From the NCBI GenBank assembly GCA_023381995.1, contig JAMCVD010000036.1:450-63639 (forward strand): a stretch of 63,190 bases of DNA, read 5' to 3'. The notes beneath the pieces are model-generated. The model was not told the DNA's origin. It ran no database searches and worked only from the letters and a program-made list of their open reading frames with translations. Of this stretch, positions 49,981 through 60,097 are shown piece by piece; within the stretch, counting starts at the first letter, position 1; every line of letters starts with the position of its first letter. The DNA is from Deltaproteobacteria bacterium. Lineage in GTDB: Bacteria; JAMCPX01. Made by a program: the position numbers and the translations under genes.

Positions 49981-51343
49981 GCCTTCTCCTTATCAACAGC
50001 ATAAACAATCCGAGTATAATCAACACGGTATATCCATCCATTATTGATGCACTGCCCGACATTTTATCCGATGTATTGCACGAACACCCTGCACTTTTTG
50101 AGGTTGCAACGGCATTGCTTGTGACTGTTGTCAGCGGTTTTCCTATTATTGAGGGTGAACCTGTTGGCGTTGGCGGCAGTGGCTTTTTGTCAATGTTGAA
50201 TACCTCAACGCGGCTATTAAAAGGATCGGCAACATAGAGAAGCCCGTTGATCCTATCAATGGCAAGGCTTGTTGGATTTTTGAATGCACCAGGCTCGGTT
50301 CCATAAGAGCCTATTGCACCAACAAACTGGTTTTGATTTGTATATACAAACACTGCATTCTGATATGCATCTGCTACATAATACCTGCCAAAATCATCTC
50401 CCGCAACACCAACAGGTCTTGTAAGGCTTGAGTTATTGTCAAACCCAGGATTAAAACCCGACCATCCAATATTGCCCTGTAATCCATACTGACCTACCTG
50501 TGTGGTTGTAGTACCGGCAGTGTTTATCAGAACGATGCTTGCCTTTAAAGGGTCCGCGACAGCAAGGTTATTTAGTAAACTATCAAAATCCATACCAACA
50601 GGCATACCCATCTGGGGATAAGTAAAATTAGATATGCTGTTACAACCCGCATCTATACTATGAATCCCATTGGCATCTGATACATAAATAATGTAAGAAG
50701 CTCTATCTACCGTGATGCCTGATGGGTTATTAAAGCGATTATTATTACATAGATTATTTAAAAAATTTCCATCTATTGAAAAATAAGATGCTATGTCTCC
50801 TTCAGATTTTAAAACAACATACAGCACATTATGCATGACTGTTATTGAACCTGGTTTATTACTAAGGGTAATACCAAAACGTTTATGACCATTGTGATCA
50901 AAAGAGGTTACTGAGTATACCTGTGGTTGAGACACATAAAGATTTCCATTCTCATCAACTGCAACATAAACAGGGCTTTGTAAACCTGTTATCATACCTT
51001 TATAGAATGCAGGCTCTACATTTACAGAAACAAAGGTAAAAGATTGACCCCCAAGCGTTGAATTTACAATAACACTTATTGTGTAGCTACCCCCAACAAG
51101 CGGTGATAGCCATCGTGCATGATTCCCGCTCCATGTAATAAAGCTTCCTGTTGTTGCACTATAAGTAAAAACAAGCCCTCCATTGTCCGTTGAACTCGCA
51201 TTAACTGTCAGAAGGGTTGATCTACCGGGAAATATAGCTGAAGGATCTGCATAAATGCCATTAATTATAGGTGCAGACGCATGTGTCTCTATTATACCTG
51301 CAAATAAAACAGCTATGCATGTTATAAAAATCTTTTTTAACAT
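49973..51343 (-). CDS. Secreted Ig-like plus NHL-repeat beta-propeller protein with a C-terminal Cys-containing TM/Arg-rich sorting-signal-like tail
   Basis: Signal peptide. Repeated NHL strands (P.G...D..G..YVAD..N.V). The C-terminus is ..SAGCSCNTSD...YTVLIILGLFMLLIRRRHA. Confidence 0.8.
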   Translation of the reverse strand: MLKKIFITCIAVLFAGIIETHASAPIINGIYADPSAIFPGRSTLLTVNASSTDNGGLVFTYSATTGSFITWSGNHARWLSPLVGGSYTISVIVNSTLGGQSFTFVSVNVEPAFYKGMITGLQSPVYVAVDENGNLYVSQPQVYSVTSFDHNGHKRFGITLSNKPGSITVMHNVLYVVLKSEGDIASYFSIDGNFLNNLCNNNRFNNPSGITVDRASYIIYVSDANGIHSIDAGCNSISNFTYPQMGMPVGMDFDSLLNNLAVADPLKASIVLINTAGTTTTQVGQYGLQGNIGWSGFNPGFDNNSSLTRPVGVAGDDFGRYYVADAYQNAVFVYTNQNQFVGAIGSYGTEPGAFKNPTSLAIDRINGLLYVADPFNSRVEVFNIDKKPLPPTPTGSPSIIGKPLTTVTSNAVATSKSAGCSCNTSDKMSGSASIMDGYTVLIILGLFMLLIRRRHA

Positions 51344-51368
51344 AATCCTCCTTTATGACAAATATAGT

Positions 51369-51384
51369 AGCAAATTTCGTGCCA
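51369..51384 (-). promoter_or_regulatory. Consensus sigma-54 (-24/-12) promoter TGGCACGAAATTTGCT
   Basis: GG and GC are at the canonical spacing. It lies 25 nt upstream of the ATG of the NHL/sorting-signal gene, and an AAAGGAGG SD follows. Confidence 0.75.
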
Positions 51385-51590
51385 AAATGCAATAAATACT
51401 AAACATATCCATTAAGCCCCAAAACGCATTTAAAAATAACCCAAGCTTCGCTTGTGTGCCCGGGTTGGGTGTCTCGAGCGAACGAGCAAATTCCTGTCTG
51501 CGTGTAACGCACAGGCAGGTTCTTATTGCATTTTTTGGATAAATGGAAGCATCACAATACATAGCGACTTAAACGTAGTTATAATCCGCT

Positions 51591-52766
51591 TCATCTGTTA
51601 AATGGATTAAAATAAGGGCCTGGTATACCTGGATTATAATTAAATGGCTTAAGGGCTGGATGTGTTTTTGTAGTTGTTGTGAAAAGATTTGGCGTTGGAT
51701 TATGATCGACACCATGGCAGCTTAAAAAGCATTCTACATTACTCTGCGTTTTAAATACAACGTTAAGTCTGCCTGCAGAGTTTGGCAGTACAACGGTAAA
51801 CCTCGGATCCTTGTTAAACCTGATAAGATCAGGATAATTGATTGAGCCGTGTGAGTCGTGACATGTAAAACAAGAGGCCTGTGCATTCACTACATGTTCT
51901 CTGTGATACAAAAAGCTCTGGTTGCCCAGTATGCTTGTCCTGTTATGGCACTGGTAGCATAATGCATAAGCATACTCACTCTCAGGCATACCGTCCTGCT
52001 TGTTATAATTCTTGTTCAGTATCGGTGCGTATAGAGAGCCATGCGGTGAAGAACCGCCTACGGTATTGTCGGAGCTGTGGCAATTGGTGCAGTTTACATA
52101 GCTTGATGTTGTCCATGGAGGGATCAGACTTGGGACAAGATAATTTTTTCCCGGCGACTCAACAGGATGATAGGATGCGTTTGATGGATTAAACTCTACC
52201 GCCTTGTCCGTTTCATAAGGCGGAAGGGGCTGGTTTGCGTGGCATTCAAAGCAAAGCTCGTATTCATAGTGCATACCGCTGTTAAACCATAGCATCTTTC
52301 TCTGACCTTGTTGAGATATACCTGCTGACTCTAAATGATGAGGGCTATGGCAGTCAATGCATTCAGCATGACGCGATGTACTGTTTACCTGTCCGTACTT
52401 TTGCTCCATAACCGTCATGTATGAAACTGTATCAAGAGGGTGATGTGACGGCTTTTGAAAATCCTGCTCAACATCGGGTATGCGGGGTATGGGTGATGAC
52501 ATCAAGAGCATACCTGAAAGCCTTGCCTTATTCTGTTCCTGTGCATTGCCATGACATTGAAAACACAGGCTTGAGCCGTTTTTTACGAGCATGGGTGTTC
52601 CGGCAATACCATGCCCAGCATGACAGCTTGCGCATCCCTTGGGTAGAGAGAGGTGCGGGTTTGTCGTATTTACGGCTTCTGCATACACCTTACACTGTAG
52701 TATATTGTATGATACCAAGCCGACAACAATCAGTAAAAGTATTCTCTTCATAGTCATATCCATCAC
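51591..52766 (-). CDS. Multihaem c-type cytochrome (7 CXXCH plus 1 CX3CH)
   Basis: Signal peptide. CASCH, CFQCH, CIDCH, CFECH, CTNCH, CYQCH, CFTCH and CFLSCH. Confidence 0.9.
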   Translation of the reverse strand: MMDMTMKRILLLIVVGLVSYNILQCKVYAEAVNTTNPHLSLPKGCASCHAGHGIAGTPMLVKNGSSLCFQCHGNAQEQNKARLSGMLLMSSPIPRIPDVEQDFQKPSHHPLDTVSYMTVMEQKYGQVNSTSRHAECIDCHSPHHLESAGISQQGQRKMLWFNSGMHYEYELCFECHANQPLPPYETDKAVEFNPSNASYHPVESPGKNYLVPSLIPPWTTSSYVNCTNCHSSDNTVGGSSPHGSLYAPILNKNYNKQDGMPESEYAYALCYQCHNRTSILGNQSFLYHREHVVNAQASCFTCHDSHGSINYPDLIRFNKDPRFTVVLPNSAGRLNVVFKTQSNVECFLSCHGVDHNPTPNLFTTTTKTHPALKPFNYNPGIPGPYFNPFNR

Positions 52767-53506
52767 ATCTTATGACAGGCTATACAAACCTGCGTAGTAT
52801 TGGATTTTCTTAAAAAATGCACGCCAGAGGCGGAAAAATTATCATCCTGATGCGGATTGTGGCACGATGTACACTGCACCTCATTATTGCGGTCAAGCCT
52901 TACCCCATTAGGATCATCTTCCATCTCCGTCATACTTGCAAGGTTTGAACCTGTAACATAGCTCTGCGTAATCATCTTTTGTGTTACAACAAAGGATATG
53001 GGATGACTGCCGGAAAGGTTTGTTCCGAGATACCCCTTTGATGTTGACGGCATGGTTGTTATGTTGTTCTGCATGGGGATTGATGAACTCCTGCTCCTGA
53101 CCTGTCCAATGGCTATGGTACCGTCATGGCAGCTCAGACACAGCTTTGATGCCCCATCAGGTGTCACAGGTTTACCGCCCGGTGACAGTGATTCGAGGCT
53201 ATTGGACCAGTACATATTGTAATTTGTGCCTGTATTCAGCTTCTTGTTCCACAGAGGCGTGTTCGGCTCAGCATCATGCGGGGTATGACAGAATATACAC
53301 ACCTGTTTCTCTGTTGTGGACTTTATCCTGCCGGGACCGGATACGGACAGATTATGCAGTGTATTCAGAACACTTCCGGCATACGCAAGACTGCAGCTCA
53401 GTAATAATAACATTACCGGTAAAAAAATTACAGCCGCTCGCTTTACAAACAGTGAAACATGGCTGTCTCTTTGTTTATTGATGTAGTGCTTCATTCTTTG
53501 TATCAC
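52763..53506 (-). CDS. Tetrahaem c-type cytochrome (doubled-CXXCH type, 247 aa), paralogue of 59321..60064
   Basis: HNLS...CIFCHTPH, CLSCHDG, CTSCHNPH, CIACH. Confidence 0.9.
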   Translation of the reverse strand: MIQRMKHYINKQRDSHVSLFVKRAAVIFLPVMLLLLSCSLAYAGSVLNTLHNLSVSGPGRIKSTTEKQVCIFCHTPHDAEPNTPLWNKKLNTGTNYNMYWSNSLESLSPGGKPVTPDGASKLCLSCHDGTIAIGQVRSRSSSIPMQNNITTMPSTSKGYLGTNLSGSHPISFVVTQKMITQSYVTGSNLASMTEMEDDPNGVRLDRNNEVQCTSCHNPHQDDNFSASGVHFLRKSNTTQVCIACHKM

Positions 53507-54527
53507 CTATCCTTTTAAATATATCAATCCTGTTGTTTAGCCCATCTGCAACATAAATGTAGCTATGCTCAACAGCTATGCCTGCCGGCATTGATAACTC
53601 GCCGTCATCTGTCCCATGTCTGCCAAATGTCATAAGATAATCCCCTTTACCGTTAAACATCTGAACCACATCAAACAATGCATCGGTTATATAAATGATG
53701 CCGTCAGAATCCACTGCTATGCTTTTGGGTCTGGCAAAATCACCGCTTCCATCCCCCTGTCTGCCGAAGGATGATATGAATTTACCGCTCAGTGAAAACG
53801 TCTGGATCCTGAAGTTAAGGCTGTCAATGATGAATACCGTGTTATTTTTTATTGCAATGGCTGTTGGAAAATTAAATTCACCTGCCCGATCTCCATGTGA
53901 GCCAAAGGAAAATTTGGGCTTACCCTTATCATCATATACAAAAACCCTGTTCATGCCGGTATCTACAATGTATACATCTCCGTTCTGTGCAACGGCAACA
54001 GAGGTGGGTCTGATAAACGAGCCATTGTTTATGTTCCCAATACACCTGCCTCTGCTGCTTATGATAAATATAGTTTTTTGGGAAGAATCCGCAACATATA
54101 TTCTCTTACCTGTTATTGCTATGCCTGTCGGTGCGGTGAAATATGAGGCTCCGCATTTACTGATAACAGCAAAGCTGTTATTACCTTTATCAAAAAGTAT
54201 CACATTCGATGCCTGTATATCCGTAACCCCTATAACCCCTTTGTAAGCAGCGATCGCAAAAGGAGGAAACCTGGTGCTGTACCGGCTGTTTTCACCTGCG
54301 ATAAAATTGAATATCCGTGAAAACCAGCCCGGCTTGATGCCAAGATCGTTTGCAGAGTATACAGAGCGCACATAGTATATTCTTGGGTTGTTTTCAGGCC
54401 AGACAATGTTTACGGCTTTAACATGCGGTGCATGCGCACAAGTAGAAAGGATGGATATGATGAACACACCTATACCCAAAAATGAAATGCGGGTGGGTGC
54501 CTGTTCCAACCCTCTCAACTTTATCAT
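53475..54527 (-). CDS. NHL-repeat six-bladed beta-propeller protein (exported, possibly a lipoprotein)
   Basis: Repeated ..P.GIA.....IYV.D..N.RI..F motifs. The N-terminal IVWPENNPRIYY box is shared with 60214..61248. Confidence 0.85.
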   Translation of the reverse strand: MIKLRGLEQAPTRISFLGIGVFIISILSTCAHAPHVKAVNIVWPENNPRIYYVRSVYSANDLGIKPGWFSRIFNFIAGENSRYSTRFPPFAIAAYKGVIGVTDIQASNVILFDKGNNSFAVISKCGASYFTAPTGIAITGKRIYVADSSQKTIFIISSRGRCIGNINNGSFIRPTSVAVAQNGDVYIVDTGMNRVFVYDDKGKPKFSFGSHGDRAGEFNFPTAIAIKNNTVFIIDSLNFRIQTFSLSGKFISSFGRQGDGSGDFARPKSIAVDSDGIIYITDALFDVVQMFNGKGDYLMTFGRHGTDDGELSMPAGIAVEHSYIYVADGLNNRIDIFKRIGDTKNEALHQ

Positions 54528-54540
54528 TCTTTAACTCCTA

Positions 54541-55422
54541 TCATTGTTCTTTCACCTCCGGTATTGGTTGTATAGGTATACGCATCTTAAACTCGGGCAG
54601 CGGCGATTCAAAGGTATTCTGTTTGACGGTATTGGGCTTCCTGTCGGGCTGTGTGCTTGACTCGGTTACTTCAACACTCTTAACGTTATTGCGTAATTGA
54701 GAGGAAGAATATATACCAATGCCCAGCATAATATGCATCTCACCCTTTCCTGTATAAGACATGCCGCCACCAATGCCTGCCGATAAAACGGCCGAGCTAT
54801 CGGCAAAATAGTATCTTGCACCTGCAGTACCTTCAACCCTGTTTTTAAAACCGGTGCTGTTGACGATCCAGTTGTCTGTATCAAAAAGTATATTCAATTG
54901 CTCTCCTACCCTGTAAATTATACCGCCACTTAAGATGACCGCTCTTAGTACCGATAAGTAGCCTGTACTGAAAATGAGATCAAATTTATTCAAATGCCTC
55001 TCAATAATCTCCCGTATATCTATTGACGGATGCCCTGAAAGGTTGTCACCAACCACACAAGTGGCGATCTCCGGTCTTTGCAGGTACCGCCATTTTACCC
55101 CTGCGATCATGCCTATACTGTTTTTCTCATAAAGCAGTTGATAGTCGTTATAATGTACAGCACCGATCATAAGCTCCAGGTCATTCAGTGCACCGAATGA
55201 TACGGTAACAGGCGAAACATTAAAGTTATCTGTTCTCTCCTGTTTATAGTATCCTGCCCATACGCTGTAAAGGGATACGCCGCTATTCAATGTGGACGCA
55301 TCCGGTACATCAAATATACCTGATAATCCGTTCTTGTACGGCGCTGCATGGAGTGCCCCGGCAATAACGAGTATCAGCAGCATTGATATACATAATTTCA
55401 AAGCAATATTCCTCAGCATCAC
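54541..55422 (-). CDS. Exported protein, possibly YjbH/outer-membrane-like. The C-terminus is Pro/Gln-rich.
   Basis: Signal peptide LLILVIAGALHA. GLSGIFDVPDASTL resembles the YjbH-family N-terminus. Beta-rich composition. Confidence 0.45.
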   Translation of the reverse strand: MMLRNIALKLCISMLLILVIAGALHAAPYKNGLSGIFDVPDASTLNSGVSLYSVWAGYYKQERTDNFNVSPVTVSFGALNDLELMIGAVHYNDYQLLYEKNSIGMIAGVKWRYLQRPEIATCVVGDNLSGHPSIDIREIIERHLNKFDLIFSTGYLSVLRAVILSGGIIYRVGEQLNILFDTDNWIVNSTGFKNRVEGTAGARYYFADSSAVLSAGIGGGMSYTGKGEMHIMLGIGIYSSSQLRNNVKSVEVTESSTQPDRKPNTVKQNTFESPLPEFKMRIPIQPIPEVKEQ

Positions 55423-57608
55423 GGCAATTCCTCATGCAGTCTCTTCAAAAATGTATGCAAGCTCCACAGATCTGGATCATTTAAAGCACCGGTATATAGT
55501 GTCTTATTCATCTTTATTGCCATGGCTATGTTTCTTTGTGCCTCGGGTTGATTGCCCAACCTTGCATAAGCACATGCAAGGTTGTAGTATACATACGGAT
55601 CGAGCTGCTTTACTGCCTTTAATAGAGATAACGCCTTATCATATTTTTTCAACCGTATGTAGAGCGATGCAAGGTTTACAGCCGTATCTTTTTGATCAGG
55701 ATTTAGCTCCAACGCATGCTTATACGCGTGCAGTGACTGATCGTATAAACCAAGATGCTCGCTTGCCTCTCCCTGCAATTCAAACAATGTATAATCGTAT
55801 GGATCAAGCTTCTGTGCCTTTTTAACGGTATTCAGTGCCGCGGTGTAGCTGCCCTCTCTTATAAGTACCACTGCCCGGTCGCTCATGATACTCGCCTGAA
55901 CAACGGGAGAAAAAAAAGCAAGCCTGTATGCCATATTAAATTGTTTCATTGCATTGCTGTAATCACCTTTGTCCGAATAAAGTATGCCAAGCCATCGCCG
56001 CGCCTGAAGATAGTAAGGAGATAGGTCTACAGTATCTTTCAGATCCTCGAAAGCCCCTGCTGCGTTTCCACGATTGATTCTAATCATTGCCCTGTCAAAA
56101 AAATAGTTTTCATTAAAAGGCGCCTGAGTAATGGCATAAGAAAGTTTATCTTCAATTTCATTCTCAAACTTATTCGGCATTGCATGCTCCTGTTTAAACA
56201 GGGTATCGGCAAAAATATATGATCTTTGGGCAATGGCTATATGAAAAGCGGCAATGAATACCAAGAAGCTTAAGACCACAAGCACATAGTTGATAACCTT
56301 CCATACATAAGGCTTTATATTAAAATTGTTATCAGCGTATAAACTGGCGATGCCGGAATACATCCAGAATAAAAAGCCCGTTGCAGGCATTCTAAGAGGG
56401 AATGAGAATAAGCCGATAATAAGCAGACTGACAAATCCGAGGAACCCGCCGATGAGGGCAGGCATGTCTTTTCCTTCAGCCTTTGATATGCCGCATGTAA
56501 ATACATATAGTATATAAATAAGTAAACCCGTAAATATCAGGATGCCGGGAATGCCTGTTTCCGATAGTATGTTGAGGTATTCGTTGTGTGCATAGTTCAT
56601 GGTAACGTGGTTCGAAAACGTCATCATGGATAACGCCCTATCAGCATAGAGAGGGAATACGGCATCAAATGCGCCAAACCCGATGCCTGAGACCGGATGC
56701 GATGGTACAAGCGATACGAGTATTGATTTCCATGTAAGCAATCTGACGATGTTATCGGAATAATGTATATTGAATATAGATGTGAAATAACCGATCAAGC
56801 TGTTTGTCTGACTGGATATCAAGGACAGCAAAAAAGCTCCTGCAGCCACTATGCCTGCAGCGTAGAGAGGAGACAGATTTATCGTGACTTGTCTTTTTCT
56901 TCTTATATAAACAAGGAGAGCGATGCTTACAAGACTTACAACAATCAAAGCAACCCATGAAGCCCTTGAATGTGAGATTATAACATAAAGTATACCTCCC
57001 ATTATCGCAATACTGAGGACAATGCTGTTCCACAGTTTTTTCCTGAAAATGAACTGGCCAATAAGCAAAGGCAAGACACTGACGATGTACTCTGCACCGA
57101 AATTGGACAGCCCAAAGGTAGATACTGGATTTATCCTGCCATACTGATCAGCGGGTATATAGCCGAACAAACCGGTAATCTGAACAATGCCTATTGATAC
57201 ACTTATTATAACCGCAATGGCAGCAGCAAGTGTAAGCAGGCCCACATCGTCCTCATCCGGTGCCAGTATAATCAAAGCAGGATAGATAAAAAATGGACCA
57301 AGTACTTTTATGATTTCAACAAACCCCTTTATAGGTACTTCTGAGAATATTATAGAAATAACAATCCATACACCCATTATGCCTGTAAACAGCATTACGC
57401 CGGGTATTTTTGCAGGCATTTTATGCCGATGGATCACAGAAGCAAGACCAAAGAATATAAAAGCAGAGAAAGCAGAAAATGTGATCTTGATCCACTCATA
57501 CTCCCATCCCCATTTAATAAGAGGCATTATGAAGCACCAAAAAACCATGATTGATAACAGAGAATTTAAATACCTATTCACCAATATAGCCTCCAAAGTT
57601 CCTCCCAA
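55419..57608 (-). CDS. O-antigen ligase-like (Wzy_C) polytopic membrane protein fused to C-terminal TPR repeats
   Basis: About 11 TM segments with a large loop typical of the Wzy_C/PglL/WaaL family. The C-terminal 250 aa consists of TPR units. Confidence 0.7.
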   Translation of the reverse strand: MGGTLEAILVNRYLNSLLSIMVFWCFIMPLIKWGWEYEWIKITFSAFSAFIFFGLASVIHRHKMPAKIPGVMLFTGIMGVWIVISIIFSEVPIKGFVEIIKVLGPFFIYPALIILAPDEDDVGLLTLAAAIAVIISVSIGIVQITGLFGYIPADQYGRINPVSTFGLSNFGAEYIVSVLPLLIGQFIFRKKLWNSIVLSIAIMGGILYVIISHSRASWVALIVVSLVSIALLVYIRRKRQVTINLSPLYAAGIVAAGAFLLSLISSQTNSLIGYFTSIFNIHYSDNIVRLLTWKSILVSLVPSHPVSGIGFGAFDAVFPLYADRALSMMTFSNHVTMNYAHNEYLNILSETGIPGILIFTGLLIYILYVFTCGISKAEGKDMPALIGGFLGFVSLLIIGLFSFPLRMPATGFLFWMYSGIASLYADNNFNIKPYVWKVINYVLVVLSFLVFIAAFHIAIAQRSYIFADTLFKQEHAMPNKFENEIEDKLSYAITQAPFNENYFFDRAMIRINRGNAAGAFEDLKDTVDLSPYYLQARRWLGILYSDKGDYSNAMKQFNMAYRLAFFSPVVQASIMSDRAVVLIREGSYTAALNTVKKAQKLDPYDYTLFELQGEASEHLGLYDQSLHAYKHALELNPDQKDTAVNLASLYIRLKKYDKALSLLKAVKQLDPYVYYNLACAYARLGNQPEAQRNIAMAIKMNKTLYTGALNDPDLWSLHTFLKRLHEELP

Positions 57609-59265
57609 GCTGGATAATCAATCCATGAACAACGCTGTCAGCGCCCGGTATGTGCTGGTTAATCAAGTATCCTCTTATATTGAGAAACAGCAGACGGTAG
57701 TAATGTGTTACATAAACCTCATACCTTGTATACTCTGATGATGGGTAATATGACGCGCTATTGAATCCGCGTTGTAAAACTATACTTGCAGCGGTATTAT
57801 GGATGGATGTTACGGCAAGCGTTGTTGAAATGTATTGGTTTCTGTACCATGCCTGAGGCGTGGAATTGCTGAGAAGCCCTCCTGTGAGCGAGAATAAACC
57901 AATGTGTGTTACAGGCAGGGAGAATATAAGATTCAGCATACGATTGTATAAAGGGTACTGGTTATAGAAACCGTTTTGAAATACCCTTTCGTATGTAAAA
58001 TTGGATTGAAGATAGGCAGGCTTGAAATAAGCGCTATAGAGCTGTGCAAGATAGCGGAAGTCATCAAGATTATTACCTGAGCCCTGCGTGTATCTTGTGA
58101 TCATATAGTTCACGTCATTGTAGACATTAAAGAATTTAAAATCCTTCGTGCCTATACCGCCGTCAAGATAATTGGCATGCGACAGCCCCTGACCTGCAGG
58201 CGGATTTTGTAGCATTGCAACTGCGATGTTATACCCTGCGTTTACATAGTAGTGGTCCCATGGCTTTAAATAGGTAATGCCTCCCTGTAAAAATTCTGTA
58301 TCCATTGAGCTGGTGCCTGCATCACCGGAGCTTTTTGAATCTATCACATAAATACCGTTTAAAAGACTTACGGTGTTTGTTGCACGATAATAAAGGTTAT
58401 AGCCTGCCTGCGTACCCTGAGCACTGCCACTGCTGTAGGCAGTTGTGTTATAGTCGGCAAAATAGTTTGTAGTCATTCTCCAGTCAGGGGTACTCACAAG
58501 GTTTGTATATATATTCAGTTGATCTGTCGAAACCGTTGTCTGCGACGGATATGTATACGCAAAATTATAGGTGCTTAACCCTGTATAGAGGTGTAATGTC
58601 TTGTTAAAGGTTTTATTGTCATTAACAGCAAAACCATTTGTAGTGTAATTGTTGTTTGTGATAAGATCATTCTGCGTAGTATACTGGTATTGACCTGTTA
58701 ATACGTTATCCCTGTCTGCCTTTGAAAACGATACAACAGAGGTTGTTCTGTCCTGCTTGAATGGGTAGGGAACGCCGGATGTCGAGTCGCGTGTTTTATC
58801 AAGAATAATGTTGAATCTTGGAAGAGAGTTTATGGCAATGGCCCAGTTCAAGCCATAAGAAAATGTATGCATCTTGAGTAAGTAGCCTGTACCTGTGTCC
58901 TGCTCGTTATATATGTCTCTTATATAGGACAGCAGCGGGGAGCTATCAGGCAAAAGGGTGAGGTTTAATGCATAGCCCGTCGTATACCTTCTTAATCCGC
59001 CTCCACCGGTCATGTAATCTATATCATCAATGTTGAGGCCTGACGAAAATACGGCGAGTCTTGGATCGTATATGTAGGTTGCGAAGTTAAGTCCAAGTGC
59101 ACCGGCGAATCCTCTTGTATAGATGGAGGTGTTATTATAATCGGCAAGGTAGTCCTCGTATCTTAAACTTGTCTGTCCTCCTATATAATACCTGTGGGCA
59201 TATACATTGATTGGTAAAAAGAGCACGCATACGATTATCAGGATATATCTTTGCATTACTTTCAT
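57574..59265 (-). CDS. Predicted large outer-membrane beta-barrel protein (about 563 aa, rich in Tyr/Asn/Thr/Gly)
   Basis: Signal peptide ILIIVCVLFLPINVYA. Long series of alternating-hydrophobicity strands. GAGGTG SD before the ATG at 59265. Confidence 0.5.
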   Translation of the reverse strand: MKVMQRYILIIVCVLFLPINVYAHRYYIGGQTSLRYEDYLADYNNTSIYTRGFAGALGLNFATYIYDPRLAVFSSGLNIDDIDYMTGGGGLRRYTTGYALNLTLLPDSSPLLSYIRDIYNEQDTGTGYLLKMHTFSYGLNWAIAINSLPRFNIILDKTRDSTSGVPYPFKQDRTTSVVSFSKADRDNVLTGQYQYTTQNDLITNNNYTTNGFAVNDNKTFNKTLHLYTGLSTYNFAYTYPSQTTVSTDQLNIYTNLVSTPDWRMTTNYFADYNTTAYSSGSAQGTQAGYNLYYRATNTVSLLNGIYVIDSKSSGDAGTSSMDTEFLQGGITYLKPWDHYYVNAGYNIAVAMLQNPPAGQGLSHANYLDGGIGTKDFKFFNVYNDVNYMITRYTQGSGNNLDDFRYLAQLYSAYFKPAYLQSNFTYERVFQNGFYNQYPLYNRMLNLIFSLPVTHIGLFSLTGGLLSNSTPQAWYRNQYISTTLAVTSIHNTAASIVLQRGFNSASYYPSSEYTRYEVYVTHYYRLLFLNIRGYLINQHIPGADSVVHGLIIQLGRNFGGYIGE

Positions 59266-59281
59266 AAAGAGACTGCACCTC

Positions 59282-59306
59282 AAAAAAAGGGGGGCTTTCG
59301 CCCCCT
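59282..59306 (-). terminator. Strong intrinsic terminator (GGGGGC-GAAA-GCCCCC followed by T7) downstream of the tetrahaem gene
   Basis: Minus strand reads agagggggcgaaagcccccctttttttgag. It sits between the stop at 59321 and the next start at 59265. Confidence 0.8.
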
Positions 59307-59320
59307 CTGAAGAAGCAGTT

Positions 59321-60064
59321 TTATTTTATGTGACAATCAAGACAGAGCTGACTGCTTGTTATCGCATCCCTTAATAACAAAGGATTTACCGAGCCGTGAA
59401 CAGCATGGCAGCTTCCGCATTCAATACCCTTACCTATCCCACCATTGGGATCACCGAACAGCAACACCTTTGTAGGACTTGCCTGGAACTGAGAAATATT
59501 TACGCCGCCACCAGTGCTGATACCGTTGTACGGCGAGTATCCGGGATACGGGATACCAATGGGATGATTGCCGTTCATATTGCCACCGACCCCGACCTCA
59601 TATGTTGTATTCGTCAACTGGTATGACGCGTTCACATCACCTTGCATGGGTATGGAGTAATTTGAATTAACAACGCCTGTTGACTCGTTAAACACCTCGT
59701 TGACCTGGCCTATTGCAACCGAGCCGTCATGACACGCAATACATTTGAATGACGGCAGGTTTGCCGGGTTTGTGGGCAGTACTGTTCCACCTGATGTTCC
59801 TGTTGCGCTGCCGGTGCCCCATATCCATGTTGTATTTATTGATGCTGCATGGTTCCATATAAACCTCTGATCAAGAGCATGGTGAGGGGTATGACAGAAC
59901 ACGCATACCTGGCTCGTACCACCTGATGTTGTTGCCTGTGATCGTGTGTAATTCGTTGAGCTTGCCGATAGATTATGCTTGGTTGTAGTAATAGCCGCGT
60001 TAGCTATTACAGTTAGCCCCACCAGTAAGGCTAACATTGATACTGCAAAACTTATCTTTTTCAT
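59321..60064 (-). CDS. Tetrahaem c-type cytochrome (doubled-CXXCH type, 247 aa)
   Basis: Signal peptide. HNLS...CVFCHTPH, CIACHDG, CGSCHAVH, CLDCH. Has its own SD, a promoter-like element and a terminator. Confidence 0.9.
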   Translation of the reverse strand: MKKISFAVSMLALLVGLTVIANAAITTTKHNLSASSTNYTRSQATTSGGTSQVCVFCHTPHHALDQRFIWNHAASINTTWIWGTGSATGTSGGTVLPTNPANLPSFKCIACHDGSVAIGQVNEVFNESTGVVNSNYSIPMQGDVNASYQLTNTTYEVGVGGNMNGNHPIGIPYPGYSPYNGISTGGGVNISQFQASPTKVLLFGDPNGGIGKGIECGSCHAVHGSVNPLLLRDAITSSQLCLDCHIK

Positions 60065-60070
60065 TGCTTT

Positions 60071-60097
60071 TACCTCCTTTTTATCATTAAGGAGGTA
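60071..60097 (-). promoter_or_regulatory. Perfect 9-bp hairpin pairing the SD of the tetrahaem gene with an upstream anti-SD (TACCTCCTT-N9-AAGGAGGTA)
   Basis: Read directly. The 3' arm is the AAGGAGGT ribosome-binding site, 6 nt before the ATG at 60064. Confidence 0.55.

Noticed and set aside
51440-51530. Possible intrinsic terminator(s) after the 8-haem cytochrome gene (imperfect hairpins ACCCAA..TTGGGT plus a T-rich run, and CCTGCCTGTGCG..CACGCAGACAGG)
   Set aside because: The stems are short or mismatched and the U-tracts are weak. I could not support a confident call without folding energies.
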